A stretch of 62,465 nucleotides of DNA, counting the filler. It is 13 parts of 13 records of this genome, joined end to end, with 100 filler letters (N's around TTAATTAATTAA, not from the genome) between each part and the next. Parts side by side here need not be neighbours in the genome. Positions count along the whole stretch, not along the records: positions 31,088 to 37,096 come from SRR7504441_5432; positions 37,197 to 42,047 come from SRR7504441_5435; positions 42,148 to 47,772 come from SRR7504441_5440; 10 more parts are not named here. One strand, given 5' to 3'. This document shows, one piece after another, positions 33,538-46,001 of the stretch; position 1 is the first letter of the stretch; every line of letters starts with the position of its first letter. The notes under the pieces were generated by a model. The model saw only the letters and a list, made by a program, of their open reading frames with translations, did no database searches and was not told the origin of the DNA. Both the position numbers and the translations under genes were made by a program.

Positions 33538-36401
33538 ATGCTCTGCGGGACGCGGCTTGGCGTGTGCTTGGGGCTGGCAATCAGCGCACTGGGGCTGGAG
33601 CTACCAACCGGACCGGAGCTTGTGCGGCTGTACGAGCGCGGGGTGGCCCGGCGCGGACTCGAATTTGTGGACCCGACCACGCTGGCGTGCCTCTACCTTC
33701 GCACCGGGAACGCCAGCTACGGCCGGGCGGCCTCTACGAACCTGGCAGCGGTGGCCGACCCGGTGCGGCCGCGCTGGCTGGCAGATCAGAAGGAGTGGAA
33801 CGCCAGCCGGTGGCTCCGGTGGGAGCTGACCAGTCAGCAGTTCGAGGAGCCGGCTCGGTTCTCGGGCTGCACCGACTACGGGCTGCTGGGGTACCTGCTG
33901 CTCAAGAAGGCCAAGTTTGATCTGGGCTGGAGCCCCGAGCAGGCCAGCCGGTTCAAGAAGGTGCACCAGGTGCTGTGCTACGTATGGTTTAGCGGGGCCT
34001 GGAACCAGGGCGAGTGGATGGGGCTCGGGAACAGCATAATGAGCTTGGCATTCCCAGAGACGGCCGACCAGCGCACTCCTTGGATGTACCCGCGGCTGAC
34101 CCGGCGGGAGCATTCGGCCAAAGTGTACAATGATTTCTTTGAGCAGCAGATCATGATGGAGGATGCGGACGGATACAACGAGATATGGACTGTGATGATG
34201 CTGATCTGGCCCGAAGTGCTCGACCGCCCGATGCACCTGCGGCTGCCGGGCGTGACCAAGATACTCCGAAACTTTGCTGGGTACTTAGCGCCCGACGGCG
34301 CGCTGTTCCAGTACGCCTCCGGGCTCGAGCCGCACTACGCCTCGCTCAACTATTACGCTGCGTTTGAGCGAGCCGCCTCGCTCACTGGGGATGGCTGGTT
34401 CCGCGGGGCGGCCGCCGAGATATACAACAAGTTGCTCCGGAACAATCAGACGATTCCGGACCTTGTGAGCACGGCCGGTGCCGCCGACGTGAGCTGGGCT
34501 GTGGCTTACGGGCTGCTCTGCGGACGGGCGTGGGACCAGGCCGCCTGTGGAAGCGGCTGGGTGAATGGCTCCATCCCGGTGATCGGGAGGTCGAGCCAAG
34601 CTACCAGCCGGGCGCATTCGAGGCGGGAACTCAGCTTCTCCAGTTCAGTGGAGCTGCCTGACAAGACTGTGATGAGGAGCAACAAGTCGTTTGTGACACT
34701 CGAAGCACACACCGGCAGGAGCCTGTTCCACTCGCACACTGCGCATGCCAGCTCGATCACCAACTGGTGGATCGGCCAGGCAGACTGGGCACATGCAGCT
34801 GGCTTCCTGATGCCCACTGGCAAGCACGACTTTGGGGCTCACGGCAACCAGCTCGGGATGCAAATGCTCGAGAGCTCGCTAGGGCTGGACTTCCCGCAAC
34901 ACGACGCGAGCTCAATGTACCAGCCTGGACAGTGGAACACCCAAATGATGCCCACCCGCATGATTCTGCCTACTGTCGATCTGGCCGGGCCTGCCTATTT
35001 GAAACGGAATTTTTCTGCGTTGGGCATCAGCTGCGATAACTGGATGAACCACACAATCAACTTGACTGTGCTCCCAATCATGCTGCACCCTGTGGCAGGC
35101 GGCAGGCCCTTCGTCATTGACGATTTCACACACACCGCCGCGCTGTGGACCAGCCCCAATTCAAAGATTGTGCACGAGCCTACGTCGCCATCACAGTTTG
35201 CTCTCGAGATATCTTGTGTCCCATCTGAACGAGCTTCATGTGGCCCTTTGGTGACCGACCCGAGAACTGGGAGCGAATCATGCCCCCAGGGATGTGTCTC
35301 CGATGGCTCGTGGTGCCAGGTTGTCCAAACGAGCTATGTCAACCGACAGCCTTCAACAGTCTACCCTCTGCCCACCGAGATTGACCCTGGCAATACAGTC
35401 GACGTGACGCTTTTTGAGTCGTTCAATCTGCAATGGAAAGTCTCCACAAATTACGTCAAGCTGAGAAGTCCATTCTTTCCTATCGGGATCCAGACCACCC
35501 GGTATCCTGCATTCTCCAACAATACGCTGTCTTTTTTCGGAAACAGCGTGAGGGAGCTCCTGGGGAACGATCAACAGAAGCCAGCGCTTCAGACAGTGGA
35601 GCAGCCGCCGGCTCTTCGGATCGACGAGGGCGCATTTTGGCCAATTGTCAGCAGCTCTATTGCAAACTCTGTGGCTGAGGTATGGGCCATTCTTGAGAGC
35701 ATATATGTCTGATGCTGGTGGTGCAGGATATGTTCAGCGAGATCGTGATTGCCAGGGGCTACTACACATCAGGAACCGCCACCACACGACGGGTCATCAG
35801 CCTCCGAGAGGGGATTCTGGTAGTGGTCGACACTGTCACTCCAGACGAGTTTGCAGATGGATGGACAGCAGGACCCTCCTTTGCCATTGTCACTGGCCCT
35901 AATGGTCCTGGCACACCGGGATCTGCGATTCGGCCCAGCATGATCTCATCGGGCAATTATTCATATAGCTTTGCCGGGTTTGAAGACGTCATGAAGCAAA
36001 CATTAGACCCAAAGACCCCTCCAAAGTGGACGAACCAACGCTTGACCGTGGCGTTCCCCCCTATTGTCGTCAACAACCGTTCCACAGCCCAAGGCAAGAT
36101 TAGGGCTACGAAATCAGTCGGGGCAGCGCAAGATCCGGAGTGTACTCAAGCAGAGGTTTGCCCCCTCAGCATGGCCTGGTATTGTCATGTCACGAGACGA
36201 ATTGTTGCTCACAAAGCCGAAACGTTTGTCGCAGTGCTTGTGCCATATGAGGAAGGGACCCCGCCGACTGCGCTGGTCGAAGCAATGTCATATCAATTGG
36301 GAGATAGCGGTAGTGTGAAAATTTGTTTGGCACAAATTGCGACCATCGATGTTATCGTGAGTCCGAGTGAGCAAACGCGATGGGTCGTGAACAGGCCGTG
36401 A
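33538..36401 (+). CDS. Large secreted protein, possibly heparinase II/III-like polysaccharide lyase
   Basis: Signal peptide; helical N-half with EDADGYNEIW and LAPDG; beta-rich C-half with HSH and RRVISLREGILVVVD; intron 35680-35726. The gene is secure, the family is tentative. Confidence 0.55.
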
Positions 36402-36570
36402 GCGCTAGCCATGGCCGCTCCGTAATAATAACTCCTCACGATAATGTGATAAATTAATGTTCTTACACGCGTGTAAAACAGGTTGGTAGCTTTTAGGTAG
36501 CTTTGATCGGACACTGGATCCACCGGCGGGTGGCAACGGACAGCGTTCTCGGCTTTGAGTGCTTCGTACC

Positions 36571-37096
36571 ATGTCTTGGCGCTCCTCAGGCAGCGCGTAC
36601 CCCCCGCCGAACACGTCCTGGCGCTCCTCAGGCAGCAGCGCCAGGCGGCCGGCCAGCCGATTCGACAACCCGGAGTACTACAACCGGCTCTCTGCCCGGC
36701 AGGCCCCGGGCCAGTGGAGCCGCCCCTCGGCCCGGAGCCGGGACGAGCTGCGCCACTCGGCCCCAGCCTGGTACGCCGATCCGTCCAGTCGGCCGCAATA
36801 CCATCCCCGTGCCCAGCCAGATGTGCCAGCCCGCACTAGCGCCCGCGAGCTCCCCCAGTCTCACGCTCGAGCACCGGAGCCCGCGCCGCTGCCGCTGCCG
36901 GAGCCCGAGCCGGTGGCGGCCGCGCCGGCAGCGGCCGCGCCCAAGACGATGCCGGGCCGGGCGCCGAGCGAGGAGTCGCTGGATGGGGACCTGGGCCGGG
37001 TAAAGGTGCAGCATAACCATAAGAAGCTGCTCCGGAAAGACATGTCCCGGATCAGCGTGCTAGCCATGGAGACGCTGGACGAGCTCGAGGACCGGA
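36571..37096 (+). CDS. Low-complexity hypothetical protein (3' partial)
   Basis: ATG after an AT-rich spacer; duplicated SWRSSGS; frame open to the contig edge. Confidence 0.55.
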
Positions 37097-37196
37097 NNNN
37101 NNNNNNNNNNNNNNNNNNNNNNNNNNNNNNNNNNNNNNNNTTAATTAATTAANNNNNNNNNNNNNNNNNNNNNNNNNNNNNNNNNNNNNNNNNNNN
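37097..37196. other. Artificial contig spacer
   Basis: Same linker. Confidence 0.98.
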
Positions 37197-37789
37197 GCCA
37201 TGTGAGGGCTGTGCGTGCGTAAGCCGGTGCATAAGGCACATATTTTATATATATGTAAAGGGTAATGTAACCCCCCATGCCGCTCCATCTGCTGCCGGAC
37301 CGAGTCCATAGACGCCCCTTGGTGGACCAGGAAGTCGCGCATCTTATCGATCCGCTCCATATCAGTGCCTGCCCCCGCGCTCAGGCCAGCTGGCAGTGCG
37401 CTGGCCACCATCCGCCAGTGAGATCTCTTTATTGTCGGCGATCAGCAGCTCCCTGGCGCACCGACCCTTCCAGCTCACCTCTTGGACCCAGGTGCCGTCG
37501 TGCACGCTGCCGGTGGGCAGAAAGTGCTTTGAGTACGAGCTGCCGTACGAATCTGCTCCGCCCATCATCTTGCCATGGCTGCCAGCCGGCGCACATTGGT
37601 CGGGGGTACCCCAGGGGCCCCAGAAGGCGGTTCCGGCTGCGTTCTTCTGCGCGCATTTGAGTCCATGCGCCAGCCCTGCCGCCCAGCCTCACCTCAGTGG
37701 CCCGGCTGCCGCCTACCGGCGTCAGCCATCGGCCGGTGCGCCCGCTCCTTGCCGGTCATCGCCTTGAACTCCGTCTTCTTTATCCCCAT
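37197..37789 (-). CDS. Hypothetical multi-exon protein
   Basis: MGIKKTEFKAMTGKE... can be chained through short GT..CAG segments to ORFs 37362-37568 and 37145-37411. Exon boundaries and end are uncertain. Confidence 0.4.
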
Positions 37790-37835
37790 CGTGTCAGGCT
37801 AATCGTGGCCCATTCTAACGGACCTTGGCGACTCC

Positions 37836-38846
37836 ATGGCTTCATCAGCACTGGGCTTCCTCGCGGCACTCTCCGTGGCGCTCGCGGTGGGGGCGCCGTG
37901 CAGCCCCGGCGGGTGTGGCGAGATGCGCACCATCGCAGTGCCGGCGGGCTGCGCCACCATCAGCCAGGCCCTGGCCTGCATCCCGGACGGCAGCAGCAAC
38001 CGGACCACCATCCGGCTCGCCAGCGGCGCCTACGCCGAGAAGGTGCAGGTCAACCGGACCAAAGGCCCCGTCACCATCGCCGGCGAGGGGGCAGTCAGTC
38101 TCACCTACGCCGACGGGTGCGGCGGGGGCGGGGACGAGATCTGTGGCACGCTGGTGGTGCTGGCGGACGATTTCGTGCTCTCGAACGTGCAAGTGTACAA
38201 CCCGCTGAACAACTACACCATTGGGAAGAACTTTGCGCTGAACGTGATGGGCGGGGCCGACCGGACCAGCCTGTTGCACTCGTCATTCCACGGGGCTCAG
38301 GACACGGTGTATACGGGGACCCAGCGGGTATATTTCTATAACTGCACCACTTCCGGGAACAGCGACTTCAACTTCGGGCAGGGGAGCGCGGTGTGGGAGC
38401 GGTGCGAGATCCGTGGGCAGCCGGGACAGGGCTACAGCTTCCTGACCGCACATACCGGCAATATTTCAACAGACGGGAGCTTCCCCGGAGGAGAGCCGTC
38501 CGTCTACCTCATAACGGACTCAAGACTCCCCGCCACCGCAGGCAACCGGGTGGGCACAACGTTTCTGGGCCGGCCGTGGGGCCGCGGGAGCACGGTGGTG
38601 TACAAGAATACCTGGATGGACGGGCATATTAGTCCGGATGGTTGGAACGGTTGGTATACCCGCTGTGGGCACGACCAGCCGCAGTGTGCCAACATTACGT
38701 ACGCCGAGTTTAATTCTACCGGACCCGGCGGGGCCAGCGCCGGGCGAGTGGCCTGGTCTCGACAGCTGGACAGCGCGCAGGCAGCTCAATGGACTGTAGA
38801 GACTGTGCTGAAAGGTTGGGTGCCGCCTAAGCAAGCGGCGCTCTAA
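37836..38846 (+). CDS. Secreted pectin methylesterase (CE8)
   Basis: Signal peptide; TISQAL, GAYAEKV, QDTVY, GNSDFNFG, LGRPW, YAEFNSTGPG, RVAW; no intron needed. Confidence 0.93.
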   Translation: MASSALGFLAALSVALAVGAPCSPGGCGEMRTIAVPAGCATISQALACIPDGSSNRTTIRLASGAYAEKVQVNRTKGPVTIAGEGAVSLTYADGCGGGGDEICGTLVVLADDFVLSNVQVYNPLNNYTIGKNFALNVMGGADRTSLLHSSFHGAQDTVYTGTQRVYFYNCTTSGNSDFNFGQGSAVWERCEIRGQPGQGYSFLTAHTGNISTDGSFPGGEPSVYLITDSRLPATAGNRVGTTFLGRPWGRGSTVVYKNTWMDGHISPDGWNGWYTRCGHDQPQCANITYAEFNSTGPGGASAGRVAWSRQLDSAQAAQWTVETVLKGWVPPKQAAL

Positions 38847-38932
38847 AAGCATGAATGCTGAAGCTCGGCAATATACAGCTGTGTGATCTCGTGCTATACT
38901 CTGATTAAATACACAGAGCTCTAGTTTAAAGC

Positions 38933-39571
38933 TTAGGAGATTGCTTTCGGATTACTGCGGCGCCATGGCGGGTCGATCTCCGCTTGAAACAGCAGCACAC
39001 GCTCCGGTGAACTGGCCATCCGCACAGCCCCTCTATTCGCCGCCTCCGGCTCAGTTTCTCTGTAGACGGACAGCCGCATCGAGTGGTCAGCCCAGAATGA
39101 CCTGAGCGGCACCCGTCCCAGCCCAGGCACCGAAACCTCCCACCGGGCCAGATCCAGGTATCCGTTGGTGTCCTCCAGCACAATCGACCGGCCAGACGCG
39201 CTGCCCGCGTACAGCCGGGCCGCCGACTCGAGCGGCAGACCGATGTAAGCATGCCGGCCGTCGCCGTGGCCGAAGCTCCACTCGACCTGTGGTACGTACC
39301 ATTTGACAAGCCGAAGCACCGTCCAGGCCAGGCCCGTCTTGGCCCATCCGAGCTGGAGCGGGCCGCTGATCTCACCAGCCACGAACAGCCGCTGGCCCTT
39401 TGGCGGCAGAGCGAGCTCCAGCCGCGCTGTCAGTCCCTCGGGCCCCTGGCCCAGCGCCAAGCTGCCGCCCGCCTGCCGCACGCGCACCGGGAGTGGGACA
39501 GGCCGGTCCGTCTCGCAGCGCAGCGCCGCTCCAGACGCCAGCAGCGCCGCGCCCAGTGCCCGGTGCATCAT
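38933..39571 (-). CDS. Secreted hypothetical protein
   Basis: Signal-like MMHRALGAALLASGAALRC; single open frame ending at an AT-rich spacer. Confidence 0.6.
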   Translation of the reverse strand: MMHRALGAALLASGAALRCETDRPVPLPVRVRQAGGSLALGQGPEGLTARLELALPPKGQRLFVAGEISGPLQLGWAKTGLAWTVLRLVKWYVPQVEWSFGHGDGRHAYIGLPLESAARLYAGSASGRSIVLEDTNGYLDLARWEVSVPGLGRVPLRSFWADHSMRLSVYRETEPEAANRGAVRMASSPERVLLFQAEIDPPWRRSNPKAIS

Positions 39572-39656
39572 GGAATGTATAGAGTCAGCGCCACCGCCAG
39601 CTGACCGCCTCCGCCGGTGGGGCAATCTGGCCGAGTTGCCGTTAGTCCGGAGTTAG

Positions 39657-40708
39657 ATGGCCGGCTGCGTGGTGGTGGACGGCCCGAACGGGCGGCTTCT
39701 CTGCCGGGTGGACGGCCCCGCGGAGGATCGGCCGGGGCAGGCGCTGCTCTACCTGCACGGCTTCCCAGACCAGGCCGTTGACCACCGGCCCGACCAGCTT
39801 GGCGCCTTTGCCTCCCGGTTCCCCCGGAAACTGGCAGAGCTGGCCGGCAAGCTGGCCCGCCGGCCGCTCTGCGTCTGCTTCAACTTCTCGGGCACCCCAG
39901 GCTCGGACGCCCAGCTCGCGTTCGGCCAGAAGCGCGTGAGTAAAGAGGTGGAAGACGCCGCGGCCGTCGTGCGCTGGCTGCGGAGTGAGCGGCTGGCCCC
40001 GCCGGCGGCAGTGCACCTGGTCGGCCTGAGCACCGGGGCGATCGTGGCGACGCTGCTGCGCGGGTGTGCGGGTGTGCGCTCGGTGGTGGCGGTGGCTGGG
40101 CTGCTGGATACAGTAGTGGCGGCGCCACGGCTCGACTTCTCGGAAGCCCAGCTCCAGGCGATGAAAGAGTGCGGCCGGTGCGGGACCCAGTTCTGGCTTC
40201 CGCTCGGCGCGGATGCCAACCCGGAGGGTGCGCCACTGGAGGGCTCCCGGCCGGGACCGGCGGGCAGGCGCGGTGGCGGAGGAGGAGGGCAGTGAGGGCG
40301 ACTGGGTGGCGCACTCGATGCAGTTAGAGAGCGGGTGTGCCGGCTCTGAGTGCTGCTCGAGCGCACGAGTAGGTATGTGGACGAGTTCGAGCTAGGCCGG
40401 CTGGACGTGCGGGCTGCGGTGTCTGCAGATACTGGGTATGCTTGCACTCGAGGGGGTGGGAGTATTAGGGGTAGGGTGCCGCTGTTGGTCATCCATGGGG
40501 AGCAGGACAGCCACGTAACGGGCGCTGCAGGCTGGCGGGGGAGCCGGGGCAGGTGCCGGTGGAGCACGGCCGGGCGCTGTTCGAGGCGGCGGCTGAGCCT
40601 AAGCAGCTGCTGGTGATCCCCAAGGCCAACCACATGCTCACGTCGACTTCACACTTCAAAAAGGCGGCCGCGGCCATCTTCGCCCAAGTGGCACAGCTCG
40701 ACAATTGA
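39657..40708 (+). CDS. Alpha/beta hydrolase
   Basis: LHGFPD, FNFSG..GS, nucleophile GLSTG, LLVIHGEQD, ANH; several short introns. Confidence 0.85.
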
Positions 40709-40858
40709 TTGATCGATGCGTGTTAATCGTTCATAAATGAATTCTCTCTATTTTAGATTTGCTCTGTAAACTCGTATAGTAGATGCCCGTCGGGCTATAG
40801 TCTGGCGAACACATAGGTGCATGGGTTGAGTTGCCCCCTCTTTAGCTGTGTGCAGGTC

Positions 40859-42011
40859 TCACGCCTTGTAGATCATATCACAGCCGTCCTCCTCCGGGGG
40901 CTTGCTCTGAGACAGAATGAACTCGTCCAGCGCGTCGGTGTGCCCTCCCTTGGAGCAGCCCTTGCGCACCGAGCTCGGCCGGGCCATGTCAATGATCAGC
41001 ACCACCCGCTCCTGATCGGTCTTGTTGAACGCCAAGTGCAGTTTAGAGTCGTCAAACACTAGAATCTCGTGCTCGCTGTCCCAGCCCGTGAGCCGCACCG
41101 CCCCATACCGTGCCTGTGGTGCTGCCGCTCGCCTTCGACTTCAACGCCGCACTTTTTGTGTCCCTCGGGCACGATCAGACCTAAGTGCGTGCGCAGAACG
41201 TGGTTTGCTAAATCGGCCCAGCCCCGGTGACAGCTCAGCCTGGCCTGGCCTCGACCAGCCCCAGCCGCCCCACCCACCAGCTGTTGGGCCCCATCCGGCT
41301 GAACAGAGCTGTCCGCAGATTCGGGCCCAGAGCCCGGAGCGCCGAGGTCGTGCACGGACACAACTCACAACTGCCCAGCGTGAGCGCCGCCCGGCTGGGG
41401 CTGCACTTGTGATCTACCCAGGCGATCCGGTCCGGCTGGTCGCCTGGGAAGCAGTAGACCAAAGGAAATACCTGAAGTCGGCTCGCCGCTGGCCCGGCCA
41501 GGTCGGGTGGCCTTCCAGTCTTTATACGCTGAGGAATTCCCGTGCTTTTCGGGCCAGGCCACCCACCGCTGCTGCAGCCGACTGGCCTCCTGCCCGGCCG
41601 GCTCGCCGCGCCAGTCGGCCGGCTTGCCTGGCGAATAGAGTCATAGACCGGCCGGTCGAGCAGCGATTCCATCTCGGGGTAAATCGACTGCCAGTCGTGG
41701 AAGCAGGCTAGATGGGGCGAGGCCTCCGGGTCCCAGGGCGGCACATCAGTCCCGGTGTACCCTGGGTCGTGCATGTCCGCCTGGATGTCCGCGGCGCTCT
41801 CCTGCGAACGGGTAGGGGCGGCGATGGTCCACCTGCCCGGCGGGTCGGCGGGGCCGAGCGGTCAGGGGAACGCTTTAGCCAGGGCCTGGCCGAAGGTCTC
41901 GGGCTTGCGGGTGGTAGTCAGCGGGTCCGGGTGCTCGGCCAGCTCCTGACTCTGCTTCTTGACCTTCGCCAGCGCCTCCACCCGCCGCAGGTCAGCTTCG
42001 AGCAGATCCAT
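40859..42011 (-). CDS. Aspartyl/asparaginyl beta-hydroxylase-family 2OG dioxygenase
   Basis: WVAWPEKH, DWK|VFPL, RTALFSRMG, HRGWADLANHVLRTHLGLIVP, LVFDDSKLHLAFN...RVVLIID; needs three GC-AG introns plus GT-AG introns. Confidence 0.88.
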
Positions 42012-42047
42012 CCGGCTTCCGTAGAAATATTGTTTATTATATACCTA

Positions 42048-42147
42048 NNNNNNNNNNNNNNNNNNNNNNNNNNNNNNNNNNNNNNNNNNNNTTAATTAAT
42101 TAANNNNNNNNNNNNNNNNNNNNNNNNNNNNNNNNNNNNNNNNNNNN
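42048..42147. other. Artificial contig spacer
   Basis: Same linker. Confidence 0.98.
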
Positions 42148-42766
42148 AGGAAGCTTTGTCAATCTCAGCACAGACCGGATTGCCCGGCTGGGCGCCCTCC
42201 ACCTTGAGGCACACCTCGGGGCTGGCCCATTCGTCGCTCATCGCCACCACCAGCTCCTGCTGGTACAGCCCGGCGTGCGGGTCCTGCTTGGCGTGCACCA
42301 CGATCGGGCCCTTGAGCCCGCGATCGGCCTGCAAAGCCTGGTAGTGCGCGTGCCAGAAGTGAGTGCCCGCGTTGGCTCGCCACTTGTACGTGAGCGATCC
42401 GCCCTGGGCCGAGATCCCGGCCTGGGTAACCCCGTACACTCCGTCGTAGGCAGGGTATCCGCGCATGTGCTGCCCGTGCCAGTGGATGGCGATCTGCTCG
42501 CTCATGATGTTGTTGAGCACAGTCACGCACACCAGCTCGCTCTCGGTCGCCTCCACCACCGGGCCCGGGTACGAGTTGTTGGCCAAAAGCGCCGCCTTCC
42601 GGTTGCTGGCGGCCACTTTGAAAGGGGCCAGCCGGGGCTCGATGGTCGGCCGGAGGTAATCCACCACCCAGTCGCGCAGGTCCAGCGTGATCGACCGCTC
42701 GCACTGCTCATCCGCCCGCGCCGCCGCAATGCACCCAATGATCAGGCACGCCAACCGGAGAGCCAT
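42148..42766 (-). CDS. Secreted multicopper oxidase (laccase/ascorbate oxidase-like), N-terminal part
   Basis: Signal peptide; YPGP, IHWHG, DGV.GVTQ, GTHFWHAH, GLKGPIVV; truncated by the contig edge. Confidence 0.92.
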
Positions 42767-42801
42767 GAGGAGTCCGTGCGGCTTGACTTCCGTTGGCGCA
42801 A

Positions 42802-44004
42802 ATGACGCCCTGGCGCTGGCACCGCATCGACCCGCGCTCGCTGGGCTGGCTACCGCCCCTGCCTGGCGATGACTCGGGCTCGCCACGGGTGGTGCTTTTC
42901 AACAAGGAGCGGGGCACCCGTCTGACTGTGGTCGGAGTGGCCCACTGCTCGGCCCGATCGGCCAGCGACGCCGCGCACATCGTGCGGACCATCCAGCCGT
43001 CGGTGGTGCTGCTCGAGCTGTGCCCCGAGCGCTCGGGGCTGCTCCAGTCCCGCTGGCCGCCCAGTCCGCTCCCCGAGCTCTCGCTGGGCACACTGACCGC
43101 CCACTGGCGCCGGCTGGTCGATCCGTTATTCTGGGCGGTCGAGCTGCCGTCGCTCGGACTGGAGGCGCTGGCCGGGAGCGGGATCGGGCAGGAGCAGGCG
43201 GAGGCCTGTCGGGAGGGCCTGGCATGCGGGGCGGTGGTGCTGCTCGCAGATAGGCGGCAGAGCATCACGGTGGCCCGGGTTATTAGCGCTGGGTTGGACG
43301 GGTTGGTGGACCCGGCGACCTGGCGCGGGCTGGCTGGACTGGCCCGGGCGGCCTGGGAGCCGGAGCGGCAGACCGAGCTCCAGAGGAACATGCTGGAGCT
43401 TAAGGAGATGGTCCACGAGCAAGAGCTAAGCGAGTAGAGGCTGCTCGAGGGCCGTAGGCTGGCCAGAGCTGTGATTGACGGCCTAGTGGACCAGCCGGAG
43501 GCGATGCCGGTGGGGGAGGGGCTAGGACGGGTGATGGGGCCGGTGCTCCAGGAGCGAGACTTGTGGCTGGCCCACTCATGCTGGCACGCGACTTGTGCGA
43601 TGAAGCCGGGCACCGAGGCTGTGGCTGTTTTTGGAGCGGCCCACCTGGATGGCGTCGAACGGAACTTTGACCGATTCAGCGCGTGCGACCGGGCCGACTG
43701 TGGTTGGCATGGCGAGGCGGAGGCCCTGTCGGATCCTAAGGTGGGCAAGTTGCTTGCTGTGGGAGCTGGGCTGCTGGCAATGAGCGCTGGCTCCCTGGCG
43801 GGGCGGTACTTTGTGCTGAGTAGGCTGGCGGCCCGTGGCGGGCGGGCTGCAGTGTGGAGCCGCCGCTTCAATTGGGGCTCGCTGGGGCTAGCTGGCGTGG
43901 TTGGGATGTACGGGGCATCGCATGCAGTGAATAATTATCAATCGGTACGAGCTATTCAGATGAGGGTTTTAGATATGCAAAACGGCCGCCAAGAGAACAG
44001 CTAG
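42802..44004 (+). CDS. TraB/PrgY-domain protein
   Basis: VGVAH.S, VVLLELCPER, LADR, ERD, VAVFGAAHLDGV, C-terminal TM. The in-frame TAG is removed by candidate intron 43434-43466. Confidence 0.85.
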
Positions 44005-44224
44005 CGTGGTTGAGTTCACAGTCATTAATTAACACGAGTTCATACGCGTTAATGTACACAAGTCTTTCAAATAAATCTTGACTTCTAAAGCTTCAGGGCT
44101 GCCGTCGACGGGTTAAAATACAAGGTAACCCATTAATACATAGATGGACGCCCCTATGGACGCCCTAGTTGATATCAAAACTTAGTGCGAGAGCATGCCG
44201 CGCCGCCGCGCGCATGAGCCGAGC

Positions 44225-45831
<1,607 letters not shown>

Positions 45832-46001
45832 TCTGTCCCGCCGGCTCGCAGGCCCCGGGGCCGCAGCGCGCGCCTGTCGGTCTGATGAGCCCGGGGCAGC
45901 TTCTCAGGAGTCGGTTGCCACTGGCAGCTGCAGTGATGAAGACAATGGGTCCCCAAAAGAGTGCCGCCCCTGCGCAGAGATTCATCATGTCGGCTGGCGC
46001 C

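Noticed and set aside
33520..36640. Short direct repeats at 33520/33547 and 36570/36612
   Set aside because: Two-copy local duplications near gene starts, with no sign of mobility or an array.
30438..43437. Alternative genetic code (stop reassignment)
   Set aside because: TAA, TAG and TGA all terminate well-defined genes here, and the two in-frame stops have splice or indel explanations.
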